Source: Fonticula alba ATCC 38817 (Eukaryota; Protista; Nucleariida). From it: a stretch of 64,000 nt of DNA. Positions 63,026-64,000 of this stretch are shown one piece after another; within the stretch, counting starts at the first letter, position 1, and every line of letters starts with the position of its first letter. The notes below the pieces were generated by a model. It was not told the DNA's origin. It saw nothing but the letters and a program-made list of their open reading frames with translations, and made no database searches. The DNA lies in the NCBI GenBank assembly GCA_000388065.2, contig KB932206.1. The stretch is one strand, 5' to 3'. Both the position numbers and the translations under genes were made by a program.

Positions 63026-63282
63026 ACCAAAAAACAGAGGATTTGGTCCCCCGGGCCAAGCATCCCTCGGCCCCCCCCCCCCCCCTCCCCCCGCTAGCCT
63101 CCAGACCAGGGCCGATCAATCACGCATGCGAACAAATGCCCAGCTCTGGGCCTGTCGGGCCTTGCCCCTCGCCTCACTTCTAGCACACTCTCTCTCCCTG
63201 GGTGTGGGGGTGTGGGGGCGGCGGGCCCAGCTCGGGGTAGTCCACACCCTTGCCAACCCAGCAGTGGTGGCCGCGGCGGAGG

Positions 63283-63283
<1 letters not shown>

Positions 63284-63339
<56 letters not shown>

Positions 63340-63507
63340 CGTGGGGGCGGGGCGCGGGGCGGCGCCCCCGCCGGGGGGGGGGGGGTGTGCGGCGGGTGTG
63401 GCCCCGCGGCGGGCGGGGCGGCCGCGCCGGCCCCCGGGGCGGGGGGGGGGGGGGGGGGGGGGCCGGGCGGGGGGGGGGGGGGGTCGCCCCCCGTGGGGCG
63501 GGCCCGG

Positions 63508-63539
<32 letters not shown>

Positions 63540-63541
63540 CG
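63284..63541 (+). repeat. Extreme poly-G / G-rich tract (G-quadruplex potential)
   Basis: An uninterrupted G run of about 55 nt plus several runs of 10-30 G. Confidence 0.85.
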
Positions 63542-63971
63542 AGGGGCGTGTCTGCAGGACAGCCCAGGCAGGCCGGCGCATCCGCAACCTCCGCAACGCG
63601 CATCGGACCTCGTTCGGTCGACATGTGCTCGGCTCACCCGCCGGAGCTGCTGGATAACTTGGGCGGGACAGGACCCGGGGACGGGCCACGGCGGGTCGCG
63701 AAAGGCCGGGGCGCAGGGGGACATGGACGCGCACATGTTCCCGGCGGGGAGGCGAGGCGCCATGGGGCCTTCTCCTTGACCTGTCTGCCTGCTTTGGCGC
63801 GAATGCTTGCCCCAGCCCCCCCCCCCCCCACCCCGCCTGCTCATCAGTAGCAGAGGGGCATGTTCATGTACCGGTACACCGGTTGCCCCCCGACCCTGGG
63901 GAGCTCCCACCCCCCCGGCTAAGCTTATCTCCTCGCGCGATTTGTTTTCCCCCCCTCCTCCCTCCGCCATC

Positions 63972-64000
63972 ATGTCCAAGGGTACGCCCTGACGGCCTTC
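63972..64000 (+). CDS. First mini-exon (MSK-G) of a gene continuing beyond the window
   Basis: catcATG TCC AAG G|GTACGC: Kozak-like context followed by the local donor consensus. Too short to identify. Confidence 0.5.

Noticed and set aside
63972-64000. Hsp70 call from the MSK-G start
   Set aside because: Only 3-4 codons are visible and I found no clear heat-shock elements.

Overview
GC-rich, intron-containing eukaryotic genomic DNA with six N-gaps; not prokaryotic. The mix of fungal-type housekeeping genes and furin-like Cys-rich/FG-GAP surface receptors suggests a holomycotan protist such as Fonticula (inference only). The left part (1-26 kb) has long-exon, lineage-specific genes: a 5'-truncated giant ankyrin protein, two divergent tRNAs (Ala-AGC, Glu-CTC), a mitochondrion-targeted protein with three HTH-like repeats, and two convergent single-pass Cys-rich receptors. 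One receptor is about 2960 aa with three FG-GAP/EGF-like modules. The right part (28-64 kb) has conserved multi-intron genes: RPL34, CCDC47, TPT1, RBM22/SLT11, BET3, VPS27, DOHH, CLPX, an orphan alanine aminotransferase exon, a PUF60-like factor, ATP sulfurylase and a syntaxin. The most notable items are a candidate intron-encoded box C/D snoRNA in a TATA-driven non-coding host, an ATP sulfurylase whose APS-kinase domain keeps its P-loop, the modular FG-GAP receptor with all phase-1 introns, and (CA)n tracts in place of polypyrimidine tracts at several 3' splice sites. Gene models were built by hand from splice signals and frame; family assignments come from recalled motifs, not database searches.
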